A stretch of DNA of 64,000 bases. Source: an uncultured Gemmatimonadales bacterium. GTDB taxonomy: Bacteria; Gemmatimonadota; Gemmatimonadetes; Gemmatimonadales; GWC2-71-9. Below the pieces are notes generated by a model. The model was not told the DNA's origin and did not search any database. It was given only the letters and a program-made list of their open reading frames with translations. This document shows, piece by piece, positions 8,591-18,217 of this stretch (the first letter of the stretch is position 1; the number at the start of each line of letters is the position of its first letter). A program made the position numbers and the translations under genes. Location of the stretch: the NCBI GenBank assembly GCA_963695555.1, contig CAVOGR010000001.1:96001-160000 (forward strand), in the 5' to 3' direction.

Positions 8591-11109
8591 TACGGTATCT
8601 CCTCGCCACCCTTCGTGCCCGCCTCAAGCGAGGAAAGGCGCTCTTTCTCCTGACCGCGTTCGGCGTGACGCTGGGTGTTGCGGCCGTTTTGTCGATCCAG
8701 ATTATCAATCGCAATGCCCTTGCCGCGTTCCGAGGAAGTCTCGAAGCCGTGAGCGGGCAAGCGGACCTGTCGATTGTGGGAACGACGGTCACGTTTCCCG
8801 AGGCCCTGTACGTGAACGTCCTCGCCGACAGCGGCGTTGCGGCCGCCTGGCCGGTGTACCGGACGGCGGTTGCGATAGCCGGGCGCACCGAGGCGTTCCT
8901 CGAGGTGGTCGGCGTCGACCTGTTCCAAAGCTCCGGCCTGCCGGTCGATCCCGGGGTGGGCGATCTCGGCGCCGCTCTCAGGGTGCCTGGCTGGGTCGCG
9001 CTGACACCGAGTTTCGCCGGTGTGCTGGGGCTGCATGTGGGTGATACGATGTCGGTATCCACCGGGTCGCGGCGTGTGACGCTCGTGGTCGGAGCGCTAG
9101 TGGATTTTCAATCCGTGGCGCCGCTCGCAAGCAGTAAGCTGGCAGTCATGGATATTGCGCAGGCCCAGGCGTTGTTTGGATCGCCGGGAGCAATCAGCCA
9201 AATCGATGTGCTCCTCCAAGACGGGGCACCGGTGGAAACCGTCCGCGCCCGGCTCAGTGACGCGCTCGGCCCCGGCGTCGAGGTGCTCACCCCGGTCCAA
9301 CGAGAACAACAAGCGTCGAATTTGCTCGGGGCCTTCCGGCTGAACCTTACCGCCCTGAGCCTGATCAGCTTGTTCGTCGGTCTGTTCCTGGTGTTCAGCA
9401 GCACCCAGGCTTCCCTGGTCAGGCGCCGGGCGGAATTCGGATTGCTGCGCTCGCTCGGCGCTACGCGAAGCCAGGTGCTGACCATCATCTTGGTAGAAGT
9501 GGCGCTCCTGGGGGCAGTCGGTGTGGCGGTAGGGTTGCCGTTGGGGTATTGGGTGGCGGCAGTGAACGTGGACGCCGTCAGCGCCACGATCTCCAATCTC
9601 TATTTGCTGAACGAAATCGAGACCCTGGAGCTTCCCCTGGCACTCTACGCGCTGGCGACGGCCATCGGGGTCGGGGGCGCACTGATCGCCGCACTGCAAC
9701 CAGCGATCGAGATGAGCCGCCGCGACCCGAGTTCTTTGCTCACGCCGTTTACTCTGCATGAGCGGTTGAAGACGGCTGCCGGGCCGCTCTTCCTGGCCGG
9801 CATCGGGCTCTTGGCTCTGACGGCGCTCTGGTACGTGACCCTGGGGCACGGGTGGCGTCCCGCGGGGTTTGCCTTGGCCGTGAGCCTCCTGGTCAGCCTC
9901 TCGCTCCTCACGCCCCGGATGATCCGCGCGGTGACCAGTCCGCTTCGCGTTCGGCACCTCGGATTGGCGTACAGTCTGAAAACCCTTGGAGCCCGACTCC
10001 AGACCACATCCATCGCGGTCGCCTCCGTCGCCATCGCCGTCAGCATGCTCGTCGGGATCACCCTGATGGTGGGGAGCTTCCGCCGCACGGTCGATGTCTG
10101 GATCGGGACCACGGTTCGCGCGGATGTGTACATCACGTCCGAATCGTGGGCTCGCTCCGTCAGCGCCGCGCCGTTGGATGACCAATTGGTGGCAGCGTTG
10201 AGCACGTTGCCGGGGGTCGTCGCGGTGGATCGACTGCGGGCGCTGTCCCCAACCATCGGAGGACGTCGGATCTTCCTTGCCGGGGTCGACCTATCGCTTC
10301 CCCTCGCGGGTCGATTCTCTCTGTTGGCGGGCAACGACAGCGCGGCAGGCGCCGCCGTCCGTGATAGCGGCGCCGCGTTGATCAGCGAGCCCTTGTCCCG
10401 CAGGCTGGGCATTGCCGTCGGGGATACCCTCGCCGTGAGCCGGCCCGGCGGTACGGTGGCGCTTTCCGTTGCCGGCGTCTATTACGACTACGGGAACGAA
10501 TCGGGAGCGGCGGTGATCGACCTCCGCACCATGGACCAGGCGTTCGGCCCCGGGCAAATCAGCAACATCGCGCTTTACCTCGACCAACGCACCGATGCGG
10601 AGGCCATGGTCGACCAGATTCGAGCACGGTATCCGGACGTTCCGCTCCAGGTGCGCAGTAACCGACAGCTCCGGGCCGAAGTGCTCAACATCTTCGATCA
10701 GACATTTGCCATCACGCGCATCCTTCAGGCCATGAGCTTGATCGTGGCCGCCGCAGGGATCGCGCTCACGTTGGTGGTACTGGCGCGTGAGCGCCTGTCC
10801 GAACTAGCACTCTACCGCGCCCTGGGAGCCACCCGGGACCAGATCTTTCGCATCTTCGTGGGCAAAGGCCTGGCGATGGGCGTCGTGGCGTTGGTCCTGG
10901 GTGCGGTGGGAGGATTGATTCTCGCCTGCATCCTGATCTACGTCGTCAACCGCTCCTACTTCGGCTGGACCATCCAGTTCTACTGGCCGGTGCTCGAACT
11001 GGTGCAACAAGCGGGGACGATCCTCTTGGCCGCCGTTGTCGCGAGTCTCTTTCCGGCCCTGCGCGCCTCTCGTACTCCCGCGACAGAATTGAGCAGGGAC
11101 GACCTGTGA
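8587..11109 (+). CDS. ABC transporter permease, double FtsX/MacB type (AttFG-like)
   Basis: Two MacB-periplasmic/FtsX repeats; RRAEFGLLRSLGAT and RLSELALYRALGAT; VNRSYFGWTI. Confidence 0.9.
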   Translation: MIRYLLATLRARLKRGKALFLLTAFGVTLGVAAVLSIQIINRNALAAFRGSLEAVSGQADLSIVGTTVTFPEALYVNVLADSGVAAAWPVYRTAVAIAGRTEAFLEVVGVDLFQSSGLPVDPGVGDLGAALRVPGWVALTPSFAGVLGLHVGDTMSVSTGSRRVTLVVGALVDFQSVAPLASSKLAVMDIAQAQALFGSPGAISQIDVLLQDGAPVETVRARLSDALGPGVEVLTPVQREQQASNLLGAFRLNLTALSLISLFVGLFLVFSSTQASLVRRRAEFGLLRSLGATRSQVLTIILVEVALLGAVGVAVGLPLGYWVAAVNVDAVSATISNLYLLNEIETLELPLALYALATAIGVGGALIAALQPAIEMSRRDPSSLLTPFTLHERLKTAAGPLFLAGIGLLALTALWYVTLGHGWRPAGFALAVSLLVSLSLLTPRMIRAVTSPLRVRHLGLAYSLKTLGARLQTTSIAVASVAIAVSMLVGITLMVGSFRRTVDVWIGTTVRADVYITSESWARSVSAAPLDDQLVAALSTLPGVVAVDRLRALSPTIGGRRIFLAGVDLSLPLAGRFSLLAGNDSAAGAAVRDSGAALISEPLSRRLGIAVGDTLAVSRPGGTVALSVAGVYYDYGNESGAAVIDLRTMDQAFGPGQISNIALYLDQRTDAEAMVDQIRARYPDVPLQVRSNRQLRAEVLNIFDQTFAITRILQAMSLIVAAAGIALTLVVLARERLSELALYRALGATRDQIFRIFVGKGLAMGVVALVLGAVGGLILACILIYVVNRSYFGWTIQFYWPVLELVQQAGTILLAAVVASLFPALRASRTPATELSRDDL

Positions 11110-12275
11110 TGCCGAATGCGGGGACGGCGCGTCTCTCGCGCATGCCGCGTACCGGTGCCGGCTGTTGGCTCATGCTCGCCGCCGTGACCAGCAGCCCGGC
11201 ACTCGCGCAGGCGCCGGACTGGACCTATGCCAAGCCGGGGTTTGAGTGGCAGTTTCCCCGAGACCACTGGGCGCACACCGGCTACAAGACGGAGTGGTGG
11301 TACTTCACGGGCCAGCTGACGGATACGTCGGACTCGACCCGGCGATTCGGCTATCAGTTCACATTCTTTCGGGTCGGAGTCAGCCCTGACTCCCTGCCGA
11401 TCAACTCCACCTGGGCCGTGACGGATCTGGTCATGGGGCATGCCGCGTTGACCGATCTCGCGACCGGAACGCACCGATTCTCCGAGCTGGTATACCGGGC
11501 CAACGGGCTCCTCGGAGGGTTCCCCCAACCGCAAGACAGCGTGGTCGCCTGGAGTCGCGCACCCGCCGGTACCGATGGCGTGTGGGAACTGCGCTGGGTC
11601 GACCAGCGCTTCGCCTTCAATGCGATCGATGACCGCGCCGGATTCGCATTCACTCTCGAGACGCGGCCGGAGAAACCGTTGGTGTTTCAGGGTCCCAATG
11701 GCTACAGCCGCAAAGGCAACAGCCAAACGGCGGCGAGCTTGTACTACAGCTTCACGCGGCTCGGCACGAGCGGTACGGTCACCATCGACGGGAAGGAGTA
11801 CACGATCGGCGGTGAGAGCTGGATGGACAAGGAATTCGGGTCCAATCAGCTGACCGGAAACCAGGTGGGGTGGGACTGGTTCAGCCTCCGGCTGAACGAT
11901 GGCCGAGACGTGATGGTCTATCGGCTGCGAGACCGTGACGGGACCACCGACTTCGCGCGGGCGACCGTCGTGAGCCCAGAGGGAACACCGCGTTTCCAGG
12001 GTGGAGATGCGTGGGATGTGGAAGTTCTCGATACCTGGCGCAGCCCGGCCACCGGCGCGGAGTACCCGATCCGTTGGCGCATCGGGGCCCGCGACGAGGG
12101 GATCTCGTTCGTCGTCACGGCGGAGCTTCCGGATCAGGAGAACGTCAGCCGCCTCGTTCCAGGGCTCTTCTACTGGGAAGGCTCGGTCGTCGTTACCGAT
12201 GAAAGCGGCCTACCCTTGGGAGTCGGGTACGTCGAACTCACCGGGTACGGCACGGCCGCTCCTCCGGCCATATAG
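11106..12275 (+). CDS. AttH/CrtC-like double-lipocalin secreted protein
   Basis: FPRDHWAH..YKTEWWYFTG, SLYYSFTRL, WMDKEFGS, GWDWFSL, YWEG, GYVELTGY. Confidence 0.88.
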   Translation: MMPNAGTARLSRMPRTGAGCWLMLAAVTSSPALAQAPDWTYAKPGFEWQFPRDHWAHTGYKTEWWYFTGQLTDTSDSTRRFGYQFTFFRVGVSPDSLPINSTWAVTDLVMGHAALTDLATGTHRFSELVYRANGLLGGFPQPQDSVVAWSRAPAGTDGVWELRWVDQRFAFNAIDDRAGFAFTLETRPEKPLVFQGPNGYSRKGNSQTAASLYYSFTRLGTSGTVTIDGKEYTIGGESWMDKEFGSNQLTGNQVGWDWFSLRLNDGRDVMVYRLRDRDGTTDFARATVVSPEGTPRFQGGDAWDVEVLDTWRSPATGAEYPIRWRIGARDEGISFVVTAELPDQENVSRLVPGLFYWEGSVVVTDESGLPLGVGYVELTGYGTAAPPAI

Positions 12276-12377
12276 GCCTCCCTCGTGGGTCGCCGGCTCC
12301 TTTCGCTCCGGTTGATCAGTCGTTGAGCAAGGGGTTCCGAAAGAATCCAGGCGGTCGGCCCGGCGAGCCGCTTCAGG

Positions 12378-14618
12378 CTAGGCTTCTCGACGGTCGGTCG
12401 GGTCGCGGGGAACCGGACCAGTCCTTCGCGCGGCATCCCGCAGATCGTGGAGGAACGCGCGTGCATCCACCACCACCACCCGGTCCGGATAGGCGAAGAC
12501 GGGATTGGCTTCGATTTCTTCGATTTCGGGATGCGCGAGGGCGCAGGCAGCCACGCCAAGGATTGCGTGGATCAACGCCTGGCGATCGGCGCCGGGGCGG
12601 CCGCGGAAACCGGCGATGAGCGGGGCCAACTGAATCTCTTCGAGCATCTCCGCGACATCGTCTCGGTTGACCGGGAGCCTGCGATGGGTCGCGTCCTGCA
12701 GCACCTCGACGGCAATGCCCCCCGCGCCAACCGTGAGGACGGGGCCGTATTGCTGGTCGCGCTTGACGCCCACGATCAGCTCCACCACGGGCGACGGCAG
12801 CATGGGCGACACCAAGACGCCCCGGAGATCCGGTGCCACGCCGCGCGCAACCGCGTACTGCGCTGCCGCCTCGAGGACCTGGTTGAATGCCCGGCGTGCC
12901 TGGTCCTCGCCCTCGATGTCGAGGGCGACTCCGCCTGCCTCGGTCTTATGGGACAGGGTGGGTGATACGATCTTGAGCACCACGGGTTGGGCGAGCTGGG
13001 CGGCAGCCTGGACGGTCTGATCGGCCGTCCTGGCGAAGATGGCCGGTACGACCGGGACCCCCTGCTCCGCCAGGAGCTCGCGGACTTCGATTTCCATGAG
13101 CGTACTGCGGGCCTCCCGCCGGGCCGCGGTAATCGCGGGGGGCTCGGTCTGCCGAGGTGCCAGTGGAGCCGCAGGGAGCGGCCGGCGTTGGAGAAACCGC
13201 CCCCGGGTGTAGGTCGCCCTGAGGCAGCGGGCCCCAATCTCGAGCGACGTGACCACAGGAATACCCTGGCGGCGGAGCAGGGTGAGGGGCTCGGAAGGTC
13301 CGCCGGCATAGAGGGAGTGAATGACCAGTGGCTTGCCCGCGGATGCCATGATGCTGCACATCTGTTCGGCCGCGCGACGCTCGTACGAGGCCAGCTCCTC
13401 CGCGAAGCGTATCGCGTACCCGCCGAAGAGTCCCACGATCAGCACGCCACCCACGTTAGGGTCCGGGGCGAGAATCTCCAGGGCCCGGGCGAGCACTGAA
13501 GGATCGCGATCCGCGGCGCCAGCCACGTCGATCGGATTCGAGACGCTCGCCGCTCGGCCCAGCAAACGTTTCAGCTGTTGGGCGGTGGCAGACCCAAGCT
13601 CGGCCAGCTCCACGCCGAGTTCGGCCAGCGCATCGGCGGCCAACGTACCGTGGCCCCCGCCGTCGGAGAGAATGACGGCCCCCGTGCCCGCCTGCATGAC
13701 CGGCTGATTGACCAGGGTGAAGCCGACTGGGACGAGTTCATCCGATCGTTGCACTTCGATGATTCCGCTCTGGCGGAGGGCGGCACGGAGCACCGGATAC
13801 GAGCCGGCGATGGCGCCGGTGTGCGATCGGGCCGACACTATCCCTCGGGGAGAGCGGCCGCCCTTGAGAAGCACGATGGGGAGTTGCGCGCTCAACCCAC
13901 GGGCGACATCGATGAATCGCTGGCCATCGCGAAATCCCTCCACGTACATCAACGCAACGCGGGTGTGGCCGTCGGTTGCGGCGTATTCGAGGTATTCGTG
14001 GAACGCGATGTCCGATTCGTTGCCGACGCCGACGTAGAGCGAGATCCCAAGCGCGTCCCGTACACACTCTCGCAGGATCTCGAGCCCCACGTTGCCCGAC
14101 TGGGAGAAGAGCGCAAGGTGTCCGGCGGGAACATCGGGCACCCCGACCAGGTTGAGGCCCGAAGCTGTGTTAAGCACGCCCGACGTATTGGGCCCAACGA
14201 GCCGGAGCCCCGTGCGGTGCACGACCTCGAGAATCTGGCGCTCGAGGTCGCTGCCCTCTTCACCGGACTCACGGAAGCCAACCGCGGAGATCACGGCGCC
14301 ACGTATCCCGCGACTGGCACACGCCGTCAGCACCTGCGGGACCGCCGCCGCCGGAGTGCAGACGAAAGCGAGATCGGGAGCGCATGGGAGTTCTGCGACC
14401 GACTTGGCGACGGGAACACCCAGGATCTCGCCGCCGGCCGGGTTGACGGCAAAGAGCCTGCCGGCAAAGCCGGAGGCCTGCAGGGTCTTGATGGCCTGGT
14501 ACCCGCGTTTGGTGGGGTCGCGCGAGGCCCCGATGACGGCAACCGACTCGGGATCGAGCACAGCGCCGAGCGACGCCCTCGTGCTAGGAACCGGTGAAAC
14601 GTGGCTCGCGTCGTTCAT
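12378..14618 (-). CDS. Acetate/acyl-CoA ligase (ADP-forming) family, fused alpha+beta
   Basis: VAVIGASRD, GPNT, SQSGN, SHTGAIAG (phospho-His), NPID, C-terminal ATP-grasp HKTEAGGV...EANPV. Confidence 0.9.
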   Translation of the reverse strand: MNDASHVSPVPSTRASLGAVLDPESVAVIGASRDPTKRGYQAIKTLQASGFAGRLFAVNPAGGEILGVPVAKSVAELPCAPDLAFVCTPAAAVPQVLTACASRGIRGAVISAVGFRESGEEGSDLERQILEVVHRTGLRLVGPNTSGVLNTASGLNLVGVPDVPAGHLALFSQSGNVGLEILRECVRDALGISLYVGVGNESDIAFHEYLEYAATDGHTRVALMYVEGFRDGQRFIDVARGLSAQLPIVLLKGGRSPRGIVSARSHTGAIAGSYPVLRAALRQSGIIEVQRSDELVPVGFTLVNQPVMQAGTGAVILSDGGGHGTLAADALAELGVELAELGSATAQQLKRLLGRAASVSNPIDVAGAADRDPSVLARALEILAPDPNVGGVLIVGLFGGYAIRFAEELASYERRAAEQMCSIMASAGKPLVIHSLYAGGPSEPLTLLRRQGIPVVTSLEIGARCLRATYTRGRFLQRRPLPAAPLAPRQTEPPAITAARREARSTLMEIEVRELLAEQGVPVVPAIFARTADQTVQAAAQLAQPVVLKIVSPTLSHKTEAGGVALDIEGEDQARRAFNQVLEAAAQYAVARGVAPDLRGVLVSPMLPSPVVELIVGVKRDQQYGPVLTVGAGGIAVEVLQDATHRRLPVNRDDVAEMLEEIQLAPLIAGFRGRPGADRQALIHAILGVAACALAHPEIEEIEANPVFAYPDRVVVVDARAFLHDLRDAARRTGPVPRDPTDRREA

Positions 14619-15384
14619 GGAACGCGTTGATTCCCTCGCGCCAGTCGCGCGTCTGCATGCATTCGAGGAGCGCCTCGCCTTCCTCGGCCAGTGCCGCGTC
14701 TCGGTCGATCGCGCCTGCGCGATCGAACAGTCGCTTGGCCAAGGCGAGCGACAGTGGAGCCATGGCGGCGAGCCTTACCGCCAGGCTCGTCGCTGTCTCC
14801 CCTACCTGTGCGCTTGGAACGCATTGGTTGGCCAGTCCGAGCCGGACCGCTTCCTTCCCCTCGATGAAGTCCGCTAGGAACACCAATTCCTTGGCCTTGG
14901 CGAGGCCGACACGCTCGGCCAGTGTGTACGTTACCCCACCACCCACGAAGGTGCCCAGCGCGATTTCGGGAAGCCGAAGCTTGGCTTCTTCCGCCACGAT
15001 GATGAGGTCGCATGAGAGCGCGAGTTCCAGGCCGGCGCCGATAGCGTGGCCGTTGACTGCCGCGACCACCGGTTTCGGCAGCGTCTGGAGCTGTCGGTTG
15101 GCCTGCTGCGCGGCAGCGATGTAGTATCGCCGCTCGTCCGGAGTGGGCTCCGTCTCGCCGTGAGCCTTGAGGTCGGCGCCCACCGAGAACGCCCGTCCGG
15201 CTCCGGTGATCACCAGGGCTCGGGTGGAGGAGTCGCTCGAGATAGTGCGCAGGGATTCGGTCAGCGAGTCGTACAGAGGAAGGCTGACTGCGTTGAGACG
15301 GGCCGGCCGGTTCAGGGTCAGGGTGGTGACCGCACCGTCACGTCGAACGAGAACTGGTGCCGATTCAGGCGGCTCCACTGACAC
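14584..15384 (-). CDS. Enoyl-CoA hydratase/isomerase
   Basis: LNRPARLNA, AFSVGADL, AAVNGHAIGAGLELALSCD, PEIALG. Confidence 0.92.
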   Translation of the reverse strand: MSVEPPESAPVLVRRDGAVTTLTLNRPARLNAVSLPLYDSLTESLRTISSDSSTRALVITGAGRAFSVGADLKAHGETEPTPDERRYYIAAAQQANRQLQTLPKPVVAAVNGHAIGAGLELALSCDLIIVAEEAKLRLPEIALGTFVGGGVTYTLAERVGLAKAKELVFLADFIEGKEAVRLGLANQCVPSAQVGETATSLAVRLAAMAPLSLALAKRLFDRAGAIDRDAALAEEGEALLECMQTRDWREGINAFHERREPRFTGS

Positions 15385-15489
15385 CTCGTGGTCGTTGAAG
15401 GACCTGGTGGATGCGCTCTGCTCGCTTCGCAGAATAGCCCCACGGAAAGGGCGACGCCACCGCGATGGGCGCCGGCGGGGCTAGGACGA

Positions 15490-17043
15490 TCACACTCCGC
15501 GGGGCAGAGCCGCCCGCACGGCGTCCGCACTGTGTTGAGCGAGCCGGTCGGCCAGGCCCTGGAGCTCTCGGTATCGCTTGCGGGTCGCATTCCGGAAGAT
15601 GGTGCGGGCCAACAGGTAGGACCCGCTGACCCAAACCACGGTCAGGATCCCGGCGGCCACGGGAGAACCCAGGGCACCCATGCCCACGCCCATCGTGATG
15701 CCCATCCCTCCGCCGCCCATGCCGCCCATGATCCCACCGAATGTTCCGCCGGCGAAGTTCCGCATCCTCTCGCTGATCCTGATTCTGGTCTGGCCGGCCC
15801 GAGGTGTGATGGTTACGTGAACGTCGCGCGCGACATTCCCCATGGCGGCGCTGTTCCACGTCAGCGACTTGCCGAGCGTGCTGACACTGCCCACGTGTCC
15901 AAGCGTATTCCGTATCTCTTCGACGAGCATGAGGTACTCGGACTCGGGGACCTCTCCGTCGACCGTGCACTCGACATCGAGTGTCGTTGGACCTCCGAGA
16001 AACGGATTGGGGCGAAGCGGGGCTTGGTCGCGCGGCTCCATTGCGCGGGCGGCGGAACGCACATGCTCGGGGGGGATGCCGACATCCGCCGCGATCTGCT
16101 GCACCGTGCCCAGGGTCAGTGCATCGGTCTGGGTCGGATTGCGTGCCTCGAGGTCGGCGGCGCGACCGACGATGTGGTCGACCTCGGTCCTACTGTAACG
16201 ACGCACTCCCATGGGTCGTTCCAGGGCCTCGACAAACTCCGTCGGGGTCGCGAACCGCTGCTCTGGTCGAAGGGCCAGTGCCTTGACTAGCGCCCGCTCC
16301 ACCTGACTCGGCAGGGTGTCGAGCCGGTCGCGGTGTTCCGGCTGGGCGTCGACGAAGCGCTCCAGGCGAAGGGCTTCATCCGACGGCCACATGTCGGGTG
16401 GGCTTCCGATCAACATTTCGTAGGTGACACACGCCAAGCCGTAGACATCAGCGGCTGGACCAATGTCGGTGCGCCCGATGGCTTGTTCGGGACTCATGTA
16501 TCCCGGCGTGCCGAGCGGAACGCCGGTCCGGGTAAGGTGCTGCACTCCGGCGGAGCCCACCGCTCTGGCAATGCCGAAGTCGGCTACCACGGCGTGCCCC
16601 TCGGAGAACAAGATATTCTCGGGCTTGATATCCCGATGTACCAGGCCTTTGCGGTGGGCGTAGGAGAGTGCATCGGCCACTTGGCGTGTGATGGCGAGCG
16701 CGTCGGGCAGCGCCAGAATTCCGCTTCGTTCGAGCCGCCGCCGCAGCGACTCTCCCTGGACCAACGGCATGACGTAGTAGAGGAACCCGGCGGCCTCGCC
16801 CGAATCGATGAGGGTCAGGACGTGGGGGTGAGTAAGCTGGGCCGCGATCTCGATCTCTTTCAGGAATCGGTCGGGCCCCAGCGTTGCGGCGAGATCCGAG
16901 CGGAGCACCTTGATGGCGACCGAACGATTGTGCTTGATGTCTCGCGCCACGTACACCGTGGCCATCCCGCCCCGTCCCAGCTCCCGTTGGATCTGATAGC
17001 GGCTGGCCAGGGCGGCGGCGAGTGGTTCAGGGATCGTGGTCAT
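15490..17043 (-). CDS. Hanks-type Ser/Thr protein kinase with C-terminal helical + 2TM domain
   Basis: GRGGMATVY, VAIK, HRDIKPEN, DFG, GTPGYMSPEQ. Confidence 0.93.
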   Translation of the reverse strand: MTTIPEPLAAALASRYQIQRELGRGGMATVYVARDIKHNRSVAIKVLRSDLAATLGPDRFLKEIEIAAQLTHPHVLTLIDSGEAAGFLYYVMPLVQGESLRRRLERSGILALPDALAITRQVADALSYAHRKGLVHRDIKPENILFSEGHAVVADFGIARAVGSAGVQHLTRTGVPLGTPGYMSPEQAIGRTDIGPAADVYGLACVTYEMLIGSPPDMWPSDEALRLERFVDAQPEHRDRLDTLPSQVERALVKALALRPEQRFATPTEFVEALERPMGVRRYSRTEVDHIVGRAADLEARNPTQTDALTLGTVQQIAADVGIPPEHVRSAARAMEPRDQAPLRPNPFLGGPTTLDVECTVDGEVPESEYLMLVEEIRNTLGHVGSVSTLGKSLTWNSAAMGNVARDVHVTITPRAGQTRIRISERMRNFAGGTFGGIMGGMGGGGMGITMGVGMGALGSPVAAGILTVVWVSGSYLLARTIFRNATRKRYRELQGLADRLAQHSADAVRAALPRGV

Positions 17044-17175
17044 GGCTCACCAAATTAGCGCCGGGAGCCGACGGAAGGCGAGTCAGAGCGCGAGTAGGGG
17101 GCCTAACGCACCGAGCCCGCCGCAGAAGGGCAGGCTCAGGTTCTCGCGATCGGTGATGGATGTCTCGAACCCGAT

Positions 17176-17988
17176 CTAGGGCTTGGACGCGCTCCGGGTC
17201 GTGGACTTGGATCCCTCGTAAATGTTGAGGAGCAGGCCGGACGAGTCGGCCTTCAACTGGAGTTTCGAGGAATCGGCGCCACCCTTCGCATCGATGACCA
17301 CGCCCGAGGAATCCGCCCGCATGAAGAATTTGGCGCCGCTCGCTTCGTCCGCAATGTGCAGGACGGCTCCGTCGGAATCGGCCTTGAACTGAAGACCGGC
17401 CTGCTTCAGCGCATCCCACACGTTGATCGTAAGGCCGCCCGAGTCCGCCTTGATCTGGGCGATGGCCTGCGCTAGCTGCTCCATGGCATGCGGTTGAACA
17501 TGCTGGGCGTGTTGGGCGTAGTCATCGTGCTGCCACCGAGCTACTTCTTTGGCTGGGATGAAAAGCGCTCGGACAATGCCGGTTTCTTCGACCGTCACCG
17601 TTCCGAACGAGACGAACTCACCGCTCTGGGCCACCGTCTGGTCCAGACACTCGAACGAGGTCTTCGGATTGAAGTTCCCGATACCGCTGGTTGCCAGGGT
17701 GCAGTCCCGCAGTTTGTCGACCACGGCCCGATCCTCGACCCGGACGTCGAGATCCACGCCACGGACGACCTCGGGCGAGCTACGAAGGAACTGGACCTCA
17801 CGAATGGTGCCTACCTCGCGACCGCCGAGCCTGAAGGGCACGAAGGCAAGCGGGATGCTGATCGGGTCAGCAGATTCCAGGGTGCGTTCGACCATCCGTG
17901 CGCCCTCGCGGCCGGCGCGCATGATCACCAACCCGGAGACGAAGACCGCCAGAACACCGAACGCGATGCCGATCCAGTAACGTCGCAT
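17176..17988 (-). CDS. Membrane-anchored hypothetical protein with MCE-like segment and C-terminal [KR]ADSxG repeats
   Basis: N-terminal TM after MRRYW; LGGREVGTIREV; four [KR]ADSxG units. Confidence 0.65.
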   Translation of the reverse strand: MRRYWIGIAFGVLAVFVSGLVIMRAGREGARMVERTLESADPISIPLAFVPFRLGGREVGTIREVQFLRSSPEVVRGVDLDVRVEDRAVVDKLRDCTLATSGIGNFNPKTSFECLDQTVAQSGEFVSFGTVTVEETGIVRALFIPAKEVARWQHDDYAQHAQHVQPHAMEQLAQAIAQIKADSGGLTINVWDALKQAGLQFKADSDGAVLHIADEASGAKFFMRADSSGVVIDAKGGADSSKLQLKADSSGLLLNIYEGSKSTTRSASKP

Positions 17989-18217
17989 GGGAAGACCTCG
18001 GATCATGGGGGCGGTGACCGATTCACCGCTCGTTTCATACCGTAACGAATGTTTGCCCCATATTGTTTCACCCTGGCTCACACCGAGAGGACTGGCAGCC
18101 AAAGCATTGAACTATCGTGACTTGAGTCGTTGCTCGTCGGGAGGCTGACGCATCGAGATCCGCTACCCCGGGGCGCGACGCTAGTTTCATGCGGGTCATT
18201 TGCTTACAGGAGGCTTC

